Assembly (NCBI GenBank): GCA_003427395.1
Contig: BFEA01000005.1
Coordinates: forward strand, 6,929,495-6,993,494
Direction: 5' to 3'
Source of the DNA: Chara braunii
Taxonomy: Eukaryota; Plantae; Charophyceae
DNA: 64,000 nucleotides
The notes under the pieces are model-generated. The model was not told where the DNA came from and searched no databases. It saw only the letters and a program-made list of their open reading frames with translations. A program made the translations under genes and the position numbers. The stretch's first letter is position 1, and each line of letters opens with the position of its first letter. Below, piece after piece: positions 51,626-62,206 of the stretch.

Positions 51626-52652
51626 TGACGAGTCTTCAGCGTGTGACTGGCCTGCGAACTACACTACGGGTTACGTGCGCCTGGAGCCTGCAAAGCCTAC
51701 AGACTCCATGTGGAGATCATATACAGATTACACAAACAGTCCCATATTACACCTCTGCAAGGAAAATGAGCGAGAGCGAATCACAGAAACCAAGCAGCAT
51801 CATACACATGTAACCAGACAGTCGTGACCTCGAACCGAAAGCAGAATTGCAACACGAGTTCCACCAAATAAGAGCACAGCAAAAGCTCATAAGTGACAAT
51901 GTTGGAATAGTCTCATCATCATCAACAAAGAACCAATGTCGACTTCCTATCTGGCGCTCTGCACCCAGACTACAAATGGCAGATCCTATCTAGCCTATCT
52001 ACAATGCCGCTGGTGACGTCAACAGCTCCCCGAAGTACGAGCAGATCTCGGCCAATGCCATTCGCCTCAAGCACCACTCACAGATGCCACATGCACCCAA
52101 GGACCACCATGCGGCCCATCCAGCATAGTGCAGCGCAGCTCGGCTATGGCTGCCTGCTGATCCACCTCGCCGTGAGCGCGTGGGCCTGGCCAGCGATCAG
52201 CGCAGCAGCGCTTGCGCAGCATGCAGCCAGTGCCCGAATGCCAAATGCGAGGGCAGGCACTTTCCTAAATGGAAGTGGCCTGCCTGCTGTGTGTGGCCTG
52301 GCTGCGCTGGGCCCCTGCCCAGAAGCTTCCGGTAGGCCCCGAGAGGCTGAGCCCCGGTCCAAACGAATCAGGCCCAGGGCCTGTGGCGGTTGCCTGTGCC
52401 CAACTGCCTGCAGCCTGTGTTCGGCCCTTGTTGTGTATCTGGCCCGGGGCCTGCCTCAGTTACGTACGAAAAAGGCAGCCTGGGCCTGGGCGCTCTCAAC
52501 CAACTGGCGCTGCGCAACAGCCTGAATTTCCCCAAATGCATGGTAGCCGAAAAATAGGCCTCTTGGCCTCGGTCGGGCCTGCCTTCACTTAGGGCAGCCG
52601 ACTGTGCTGCTTACAGGGGAAAAAGGGGCTCATCGGGGCCTTATGCCTCGCA
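51626..52652 (-). repeat. Probable 3' LTR of the chromovirus remnant
   Basis: On the minus strand TG follows the polypurine tract GGAGGGAA just after the integrase stop. The far boundary (TGACGAG on +) is tentative. Confidence 0.5.
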
Positions 52653-52689
52653 TTCCCTCCATAGTTTGACAGTCCTCTGAGAAGTTCCA

Positions 52690-54640
52690 TTACTCAATCT
52701 GGCACTTTCCCTTCTGCAGTAACTTCTCGTAGTGAGCGACAACCTGTGGAGTGGTCTGCATCCGTTCCTCCCTGGTAAACCATCTGTCCTCCTTAGGATC
52801 AATGTGATGTCTGAACCGAACGCGATATTGCAGTTTCGGCTTAGGAGGACATCCTCTGCCTGTCGGTCTTGGAACTGGCATTTCTCTATGGTCCACGATG
52901 TCGACCTCTCCATCCATGGTTGGGGCCAGCATTGAGCGTCGTGAGGGAAACTGAGCAGTTTCCTTGAAAGGTGCAAGCTTGGAGGCGTGAAAGAAAGGGT
53001 AAGTGCGAAGGTGACCAGGGATCTGAACTACATATGAGTCATGATATGACGGCCCATCCGGATCATCCCCGACGATATCTAGAGCCTCCCAGGGTCCAAA
53101 GTACTGTGGCATGAGCTTACGGGATATCCCGTGCTCTTGTCCCAGTTCTGAGGACTTGATCCAGACTCTGTCCCCTACTTGGAATGTAGATGGACGACGG
53201 TGCTTGTTCTCAGACTGTATCATCGCCGCCTGTGCCCTGTGCATCTGTTCTACAACTTGCTGCATCAGGCGCTCATATCGATATGCAAACTCTAGGGTGC
53301 CTGGTGCAGCAGAAGGCTGATTCTCAGGTAGTAGAAAATCTAAGGGAAGTCTTGGTTTGAAAGTCAGTAGCAAACTGTTGGGGCTCACCCCGGTTGCACT
53401 GTGCACGACGTTGTTATACAGACTGGCGATGAGAGCAAGTTTCTCATCCCAGTCCACCTGATTAGGCTTGATGTAATGCCTCAGCAGGTGTTGAACAACG
53501 CGGTTCAGCTGCTCTGCTTGCCCGTTTGCCGCTGGGTGGTTGTCGGAGGTCATCTCCAGTTGTGTCCTTTGTTCTGCCGCTGTGGCCTTCCACGATTCAC
53601 TGGTAAATCCCACATCCCGGTCACTAATTATAGACTTTGGCAAACCGAAGTCTCTGGCCCAGTTTTCTTTGAATAGCTTAATCACGTACTCAGTCTTGGC
53701 TGTTGCAGGCATTGCGACTAACCTAGCATACTTGCTAAACCTATCTACAACGACATAGAAATATCTCATTCCACTCTTGCTGGTGACCAGCATGTCCATG
53801 AAATGCATAAACAAACTCTCACCTGACTTTTCCGGTATCGGAAGGGGCTTGAGAAGCCCAAGAGGGGTCTATGTACGTGGCTTGTCTCTCTGATAAACCT
53901 GACAAGTATCCACGTACAACTTGGTGTCTCTCATCATTGTGGGCCACCAGAACTGCTGCAGCAAGTTGGCTGCAGTTTTTTTGTAGCCAAAATGTCTTGT
54001 GGCATCATGACATTTACCTAAAAGTAAACTACGCAAAGACTCCCTATTAGGCACACACAAACGTTTCTTCCCGGCCTTCTCAAAGAACAGCTGGCCGTTG
54101 ACCAACTCAAACTCGGCAGAAGTCACTTTGTCCTTCACCTCGAGTCTACGTATGATCTCAGCCATAAACGGATCCTCGCGATAGGCTTCCACCAAAGACC
54201 GAGTAACATCGTCCGCAAGCCTAAACTCAGTGATTAGCGCACCAAGGAAGTCTGGCCTACGCGACAACGCATCAACGACTCTATTGTACTCTCCTTTGAT
54301 GTACTAAGGTTCATACTGCTCAATGACTTGGATCTATCTTTTCAACGCATCAGAGAGCACTGACTGGGTTCTCATCCACTTCAGGGTCTGATGATCAGCC
54401 CTGACGTAGAAGAAGCTACCAAGGAGGTAGTGCCTCGAGTGGGTTAGTGCTTTGTAGATCGAATAGAGCTCCTTCTCATAGGTGAACTTAAGCCAATTTT
54501 TTAGAGGGCATTTTTTTGGACATGTACTCAACATGCCTCAACTTTGGCCCCTCATGCTGCACGAGCACGACGCCTATGCCATATTGGCTGACATCCATGG
54601 TTACTATAAACGGCTTGTCAGGATCTGGAAGTTTAAATGA
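52690..54640 (-). pseudogene. pol: Ty3/Gypsy chromovirus pol: RNase H, integrase and chromodomain
   Basis: LPDPDKPFIVTMDVSQYGIG, YEKELYSI, DHQTL, DALSRRPD, HD...HFG, VVDRFSKYA, IISDRD, NGQAEQLN, LMPQYFGPW, YRVRFR...EDRWF. Confidence 0.95.
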
Positions 54641-56004
54641 ACCATATCTAGATATCTAGGTATCGAACAGTAATGGTTGTTCCCAAACTCATTGACAAAA
54701 AGATACATAGAGATCATATAAAAATACATAGAAATCATATATAGCAAAACTATGCAAAATACAAAACATTAAGAAACGGAGATGGCAGAGGGACGACTTA
54801 GGCGCAGTCAAAGAAGCATAGCTCACTCGATCCTTAGCAGAATCGAGGGAAGGAAGAGGCAATCTCGCGGTTCTGACCCCAGACGAGTTATCTGGCGGGC
54901 TTAGTTCGGTCGTAGAGTGAGTAGAATAGGAGAGAGATGAAGAAGGAGGTGCGCGGGGATATCGAAGAGAGACGACGAGGAAGGAGATAGGGAGTGAAAT
55001 TGCTATAACTCGGTCGTTTTTTTACTGTTCTTAGCAAACTAACTTGCCATCTACGGTTTTTTCGGCAATACGGAGTGATTGGCTGCACCAGATTTGCAAT
55101 CTGGTCAGCGGCCTGTTCGGTATAAATGAAAGGGGTTGCGCCCAGCGGCTATGACTACGGAGATGGCAGAAGGAACGCATGACTCGGATGTTCCTCAGCA
55201 GGATCAGACAAGAGAGGTGGGCGATCAGAGACTTTTGACCATCATGCAACCGATGGTGCTGGCAGATTGGGCGTGAAGGGCGTGATCTTGGAGGTATGGG
55301 CGTCTACCGCTGCGCACACGGAAAGGTGGTGTAGTGATTAATCTTTCCGTTTTCTAGCGGAAGATTCATTTTCGATGGTTTTTTCTTTATTGTTTTTGTT
55401 TTTGCACGTTTCCTTTCTTTTTCCTTTATTTTGGGTGAGCTCTAGGTGTTGCCCTTCATCATCACGTTGTCCTTCTCGACGGTGCCTCTCGTCGTCTGCA
55501 GTCCACCATTCGCTCGTGGTGAAGTACGCGGCCTTCTTGATCTGGGGCAGTAGCCATGATCCCCGTATTAGCGCAGTACTCCCCGTCTAACCGTGCTTCA
55601 CCGCGAATTGAATCCGACCGTTAGTGCAACCGAACATTTGATCTGTAAAGCTCGTGTAGAGAGAGAGACAGAGAGAGAGAGAGATAACCTGGCGCGAGAG
55701 AAACCAGAATCGGAGCATTGTCGTCTACATAATACAACACATCATGAAGGTGATCAAGTTCATCAGACTGCACCTTCCCATATTGCTGACGGAAGATTCA
55801 CACACATTGTGGTCATGCAAACGAAAAGAGTTGGGAATGTATCCTCCCACCTTATAGTGAAAGATTCATTCTCATATAGCACATTTGGTGAGTAATGGAG
55901 CAACGTCGGATAGTTGCGCACCCCTACTTATGATCATGCTCATTGTCCTAGTCCTGCCGTGTATCCAACTCTATATGAGCATCTGCGCTACTTGGGGTCC
56001 TGTC

Positions 56005-56325
56005 GTGTGTCCAAATTACGAGTTAACCCAGTCACCACACGGATGTTTGGTCGATACAGACAGCAGGACGGTGGTCATGGAAGTCGAAATCCGTTGAGGA
56101 GTGTGTAACAACTCTCCTACCAAATCAACCAGCTCCCAAAAGGATGGCGCTGAAGCGCCCGAGCTATGGTCGACCGTCGTGGCGATTCTGGCGCCTCGAC
56201 CAGTGCAAGGGCGTCGGACCTACTGCGCGAGTCTAGGTGTGGTGGGTCCCGGTGCAGATCTTGGTGGCAGTAGCAAATCTTCAAATGAGAACTTTGGAGA
56301 CCAAAGTGGGGGCGGTTTCCATATG
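56005..56325 (+). pseudogene. Diverged nuclear LSU (25S/28S) rRNA fragment, sense
   Basis: AGACAGCAGGACGGTGGTCATGGAAGTCGAAATCCG..GGAGTGTGTAACAACT; GGTGCAGATCTTGGTGG.AGTAGCAAAT.TTCAAATGAGAACTTTG. Confidence 0.9.
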
Positions 56326-56359
56326 GCCTGCTGCTGGGACAACCTGCCGCACAGTTTAA

Positions 56360-56665
56360 ACCGTGGCAGCCTCCCACTAGTGCCCTCTTGCCCTGCTCAG
56401 CTCAGGCATAGTTCACCATCTTCCGGGTCCCAACAAGCAGGCTCACACTCAAGCCTCTCACAACAGATCATGGTTGGCGGACGGTTCGCCTGCAGCGACC
56501 CCTGCCACCCTCGTTGCTGCAGCCCCACAGGCCCGCTCGGAATGTTATCCAACTCCCTTCCACTTTAGGCTATCGGCACTCTCCAAATGGGAAGCAAGGG
56601 AGGCCTCGGTCACGGACCCCACCCTCTCACGCACGTTGACCTCTTCGGTCCGAGTTTCAAGATGA
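56360..56665 (-). pseudogene. Diverged nuclear LSU rRNA fragment, antisense (more 5' part of the gene)
   Basis: CTCAGGCATAGTTCACCATCTT.CGGGTCCCAACA and GGTCCG.GTTTCAAGA are reverse complements of conserved LSU motifs. Confidence 0.85.
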
Positions 56666-57509
56666 CAGGTAGAGAAATTTTGCCAACATCCAAAACATGC
56701 AGGAAACCCGGGTGGGCCCGCCAAAAGAGACGCGTGATCGAAGTCCTCGACTGCCGTAACGACCACCCGTGTCCGTCAAGGTAGTAGCCGAGCTAGGCCT
56801 GTGGGGCCCGATGTCGATCTCGAAACTAGTCACCGGAGTTAAAAAAAGAATAATAATAATAAAAATAATAATAATAAAATTAATAAAAATAAGAATAAAC
56901 GCGAGGAAACAAAAAAGGTAAGGGGACGAGGGCCTCACGTCCTGCTAGCCTGTGACGCAGCACACACCCAAGCCGCGCATGGTTGCACCTCGCCGTCGAT
57001 ACCCCGTGCACGCCACTCACCCGGGCGAGGACCTAAACTTCCTCTCAACACGCGCGCCGTCAAGCGGACGAGGTTGCACTGGTGTGACTTGCAGAAAACA
57101 CGCCAAATACCCTTGTAACGGTATTTGGTACGACACCGTAGCGGCAGCAATTGGACCTGACGATGAAGAAGCAGCAATTTGTGCTCCTGTTGCTGACGTA
57201 CCACTTGGTGGGGTACCAAATAGAGGGGCAAATGGGTTTGTCATCGTTGGTGTTACTACTGGCAATGGAAACGCTGTCTGCGGCCGGACACTGGGCCCAC
57301 CAGCTAAGGAGGGATGAGGTCCTCCTCTCGTCTGCATAGCATTCAATATGTAGTCCAAGGTGTTCTGGATTGCATCCAGTTTGATGTCCTCTAAGCGTAC
57401 ATGCTCAGCATACCCGCATTGAGGATTTTACAAGTGTCGTCAAGGGTCGAGTCATCTAACCCTTCTATTGTAGCCTTGTCTTCCCTTCTGCTCCCTAATC
57501 CCAGTTTCC

Positions 57510-57543
<34 letters not shown>

Positions 57544-58387
57544 GGCTCCATCTATTGGTGGGGAGCGTCACCTGCTGGAAAACGGGTCCAGCGTTCCATA
57601 TACAGAAAAACTTAAAAAGGGGAATGTCTGGAAAAGAAGGAGAACAATGAGCGTGGGACCTGTCAACATTGATTGCCCTGCGGCCCAGGGGATTGACTGA
57701 GCAGGTCTATAAATTATCTCTCTTTCAGTAGATTCCTTCTCTAGCCGTAAGCGGATTAACTCCACGTGTTGGAGTTCTATGGCCTGTTTAGTGCGTGGAG
57801 GTGGCAAGTTGTACTGCAGGCCCGCCATCTAACTTGTGGAAGGTCCTGCACCCATTCCGTTGGATGAGGCGGAGGAACTAGCTAAGGTTCCTCACGTCTG
57901 CTAACCTTGAGAGGTCACTGCAAATGTAGCCATCACTACAGCCCTAGTTGTTGTTGCCTCCCTAGCGGTGTGCAAATGTCAGGCTCTTGCTTCGGCCCGG
58001 AACCTTCTCTCTTCCCCTGGTAGCAGAACCTGAAAGTTAGCTGAAACACTATCAGAATTCTTCGTGTATCCCGCCATGTTTGCCTCCTATCGTCAGTTGT
58101 CCCTTCACTATTACCTGTACCGCTCATCAGCTAAGCAAATCTTTGTCTGCACTAGTGCCCTCACTAGAGCCTACGGCAACATGTGTCTGACCGAGTTGAA
58201 AAATAATTAAAAATAAATAAATAAATATTTGGCAGGTCACTCAGGCTACCAATCAAGTGGTGCCAACAGTTTATACACAAACTGAGCAATTCATTTACTC
58301 GTACTTCGATTAGTCCTCCTACAAGAGCATCACATAGAACTGGCAATGGTAGACTACTACAATTATAAACTAATGATGTCAGTTAGG

Positions 58388-59393
58388 TGTTAGCAGTCCG
58401 TCATGCAATCAGACTCACTCTCATTCACACTTCGCATGCATGCAAACAAGGTGCACAGCAAACTGGCAACAAGCGCCCACTCAAAACTCAGAGATATGGT
58501 AACCAAGAACACAATCAGGTACAAGTTCACTTCAATGGCTATGGCGACTCAGCGCCCACACAACTCTCTATTCGCACACACAGGATCACCCTGGATATCC
58601 CACACGCGATGCCCTGTACACACACACACTCACACACTCACACACTGCATGCTACACTCTATCTACAGCTATGGCGGCTATGGCCGCTACTACCCTATCG
58701 TTATGGCTAAGCTTCTTCTCTCTCGCCCACTTCGTCTTCGGGCTCACTGCAGACCACCTCGCACAAGTCGCTGTGGCAGCGTTTCCGCATGGCTCAAACA
58801 TGAATGAATGAATGGCTGGACGCTGCCCTTTGATTTATACTTTTGTAGCTCGCTGGTCCGGCCCCTTTCCCATGTCCGTGGTGCATACAGTCCCATGCGG
58901 TACTTGCTTGACTGGACTAGGACTGACTGGGACCGGTACTGCTGACTGCATGGGTTTGCACTACCAACTCGATGGAGTCGCACTGCCGACGTAATGCAGT
59001 TGGGCTCACCACTTGCCCACTTGCCTCGGCCAAGACCTCAGCAACTTTGAAAGGTCACTACTAGGACCTTCCGGAAGTCTGGGTCCTGGCCTTTCGAAGA
59101 CTGTAGCAGCTACGACCTTGACCCTTCAGGACTATAGCAGCTACGACCTTGACCTTTCATAAGTTTTACGGCTACGACTTCTCGAACTCCCCAGGACTTC
59201 TACTCGACAGGTTTTTACAGATCGAACCCCTGCTACCTACGGACCATACGACAGTCTACCAACTGTTACAAATACACAGGTCACGGGTTCAACTCTCGAG
59301 GTCGACACAGATACTGTACACAGGTAAGGCAAGGACTAGGGATTGAGCCCTGGGATCTCCATCAGCTACGGTGAACTGGTGAATACCATTTCA
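58388..59393 (-). repeat. Probable 3' LTR of the second chromovirus remnant
   Basis: On the minus strand TG follows a purine-rich tract about 40 nt after the chromodomain stop; left boundary tentative. Confidence 0.4.
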
Positions 59394-59431
59394 CTCTCGC
59401 CGACCTAAATCCCAGGTCCTCCGAGAATAAC

Positions 59432-59920
59432 TCAGTCCAAGGCAGGACCTTTTCCTTTCTTATCTCTTTCATAGGCTCTAACTATGTCGGGAACTATCTC
59501 TATAAGTTCTATTCTCGTAAGCCAGCGGTCGTCCTCTCGCTCCTGATAAGCAAATCGGACCTTATACCGTTTCTGTGGACGACCTCTACCTCCTGTTCTA
59601 AACACATCTTCACCTACGATGCCGTCAATGTCGTACCTTCCGTCCATGTCCGGAGGGATCATGGACTGTCTAGATGGAAACTGTTGACTTGTAACACACG
59701 GCGACAACTTTGATGCCTGAAACACAGGGTAGGTATGGAGGTGTGTTGGTATCTCTACTGTATAGGATGACCCATCCTCTCCACCCTTGACTTCTAGAAC
59801 GGGTCACGGTCCTCTATACGCGGGCAGTAACTTCTGCGAGATGTTTCCCTCAGGAGCAAACTTTTTGGACTTGACCCAGATTAAATCGCCTACTTGGAAC
59901 TGTGACGGTGTCGCACTTTT
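59432..59920 (-). pseudogene. pol: Chromovirus integrase C-terminus and chromodomain
   Basis: FQVGDLIWVKS, KLLPAYRGP, VFQASKL, YDIDGIV...YKVRFAY...DDRWL; paralogous to 52690-53200. Confidence 0.9.
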
Positions 59921-60274
59921 TCTAGTCGGGCCTCTTCAGGCGACCAGAAAGCCAACAGGCTGTCACGCAGGATTTTGTATATATTGTTTGCAATAAATAA
60001 AATAAATTAAATAAAACAAATCCCTTCCTGTTGTGTGCGTCCGGCTTCGAACGAGACCCTTGAATTGCGGTTTTCGTCGGTCCCCGGTCTTAGGAATCTT
60101 TTATTTTGATTCGGAACATCAAAGAATCATGCAAATAATATTCATAAAGTTCTGGTGTGTCATGCATTCATCAATTTTACCGTTTCTCTAGTTTTGAGAA
60201 CTGTGACTGAACCATCAAAGAATGCAATCATCAAGCAAAGCAATGTAAAGAAGCAAGACTTACTGACTCGAGCA

Positions 60275-60586
60275 ATGACAAAGTTAAATGAGGGAAGAGT
60301 AAGGACCCGGATAGACCTGGATACATATGATGTGAGAATTTATGTTCCAAAAGAAAGAAGTATGGATGCAGAGTATGGGAGATGTTGGGGATTTGCTGAA
60401 GAGGTTGTACTGAAAGAGAAAGAGAGACTGGAGAAGGAAAATAAATGTTTCACAGGATCTACTCGATTTACTGTCTTTGAGGGATTTTCAGCTCCTCTCT
60501 TACCTGATATTAATTTGTCAAGAGATGATTGGTCTGCAGTGGTTGAGTTTGCTCTGAAAGTGAGAAGAAATCAAAGAATGAAATGA
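60275..60586 (+). CDS. Unknown small ORF A1 (family A)
   Basis: Open frame with ATG in AGCAATG context; shares IDLD.YDV.IYVPK and SRD.WSA motifs with A2. Confidence 0.7.
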   Translation: MTKLNEGRVRTRIDLDTYDVRIYVPKERSMDAEYGRCWGFAEEVVLKEKERLEKENKCFTGSTRFTVFEGFSAPLLPDINLSRDDWSAVVEFALKVRRNQRMK

Positions 60587-61077
60587 GTCAGCTCTACGTA
60601 CCTCCAAGAAAGAAACCCTCGTTTAGACCGGTAAGAGGACATGGGAAGTTAAGTAAGACTGAATCAGATAAGCTTTTAAATTCCCTTAATTCTATAACAA
60701 AGAGAGTTGTGATTCCCTATGAGATCGTAAGATATGAGGCTCTAAAGAATTCAAGCCGAGAGCAGGACAGTGTGTACGTTCTTACCTTTTATTTTATTGA
60801 CCTTGATGAGTATGATGTTGGGATCTACGTACCGAAACAAAGATTTGAAGAGTACAGAAAAGATTCATGCTGACAACGAGCGTCAGATATTGTGCATGAT
60901 GAGAAAAGCAGGTCAGAACGAGAAGGGGAAAACTTCTCATGGAGTACTTATATCAGACCTTTCGTTGGAATACCATCTCCTCCTGTTGAAGGACTTACTT
61001 TTTCGAGGGACAATTGGTCGGCCATGATAAATCTTGTATGGAAAGTGAAGAGGGCCGAAGAAGAGTACTCTCAGTAG
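60583..61077 (+). pseudogene. Unknown small ORF A2 (family A), one internal TGA
   Basis: Track ORFs 60583..60873 and 60892..61077 share a frame; the TGA aligns with Trp in A1; ATGA overlap with A1. Confidence 0.75.
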
Positions 61078-61079
61078 CA

Positions 61080-61585
61080 AGGATAAATATTGTGAGGGAC
61101 AAACTTTATGAGGTAAAGGGGTATGATAATCCCTTTGTTATCATGAGGCATGAGATTTACGGGATATGACATATAACGTTTCACATTCCTTGGTCAAGTT
61201 CTTGAACTCTGACAGTCTGGACGTGAGGGTTTACTCCTCAGCCTGTCTAGAGGAGGAAGTTGATTATTTGGAGTGTCTAAAAGGGGCGTATATCAGTCTC
61301 GAGCGAACAAAAGAGTGGCTAGAGAAGTTAAGAAGAAAAGTGACATGGGGAGTGAGAGCAAGTGAATTTGAGAGACTCCCTGAGTTCTCAATTGCTGATG
61401 GGTTCGAGGACAGGAGAGATTGGATGCCTCTGCTGGAGACTATTATCGAGGTTGGCAGAGCAAGAGAGAAAGACTCTATAGTGATGATAAAATCCCTACT
61501 TTTGAGTACCTTTGAGCACAGATTCGAGATCCCTGATTATGTCCAACCTGAGATTTATCTTTCAGATGTTGCCTATGATGGTTAA
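61080..61585 (+). pseudogene. Unknown small ORF A3 (diverged family A); start codon and 5' part probably mutated
   Basis: 61166..61585 has D.LDVRVY, C, TWG..F and RRDW matching A1/A2. An upstream frame gives PFVIMRHE, similar to A2 PYEIVRYE. Confidence 0.6.
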
Positions 61586-61587
61586 CA

Positions 61588-61878
61588 ATGCCCAACTTGG
61601 TTGAACAACTAACGTTTGAGGTTGTACTGGAAGGTAGAATAGTCAAGATAGAAGAGACTCTTTGGATCTCTAATTGAAACCTCTCAACCCTAGATGAGCT
61701 TGAGTTCCTGCAACCTTTCATTGATCAGATGAGAAATTTTGCCCTGAGAGTTGTCACTGATCAGACTGAGATTAGTTATTTATTAAAGGTGGTGAAAGTG
61801 AGAACTGTTGAGAGAATATCATACCATTCCTCGAGGGAACGAGTCTCTCTTACCAAAAGAATTAGCAACGAGCTGTAA
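61588..61878 (+). pseudogene. Unknown small ORF B1 (family B), one internal TGA; absent from the ORF track
   Basis: Manual translation MPNLVEQLTFEVV...SN*NLSTLDELEFLQPFIDQMRNFALRVVTDQTEISYLLKV...ERVSLTKRISNEL aligns with B2. Confidence 0.7.
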
Positions 61879-61881
61879 GCA

Positions 61882-62154
61882 ATGCAATTTGATTATGAGA
61901 TCATAGACTTGACACGATACTTTATGATTCGGGGTACTGTGAAAGGGTATAATAAAAGATTGAGTAGGGATGATGAGAGAGAATTGATTGAAACTTACAT
62001 TGGAAGGCTGAGAAGGATTGCATTGTCACTGATCGCTATCCAGTCTATTATTGCGTACATTCTCTATGTACAAAATTCTCAAGGGGTAGAGCAGACGAGG
62101 GAGGAGAGAAACGAACATGTATCTCTGGTAAGAAGAGTGAGAAATTATAAATAA
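61882..62154 (+). CDS. Unknown small ORF B2 (family B)
   Basis: Intact 90-aa ORF starting 3 nt after the B1 stop; paralogous to B1. Confidence 0.72.
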   Translation: MQFDYEIIDLTRYFMIRGTVKGYNKRLSRDDERELIETYIGRLRRIALSLIAIQSIIAYILYVQNSQGVEQTREERNEHVSLVRRVRNYK

Positions 62155-62206
62155 GAAAAGGAAGGGCAGGAATGACAGGGAGAGAAGAAAGTATAAGGGA
62201 GAGTCT

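Noticed and set aside
57017-58130. Gag-like N-terminal remnant on the minus strand
   Set aside because: Composition is suggestive, but no diagnostic motif or convincing PBS was found.
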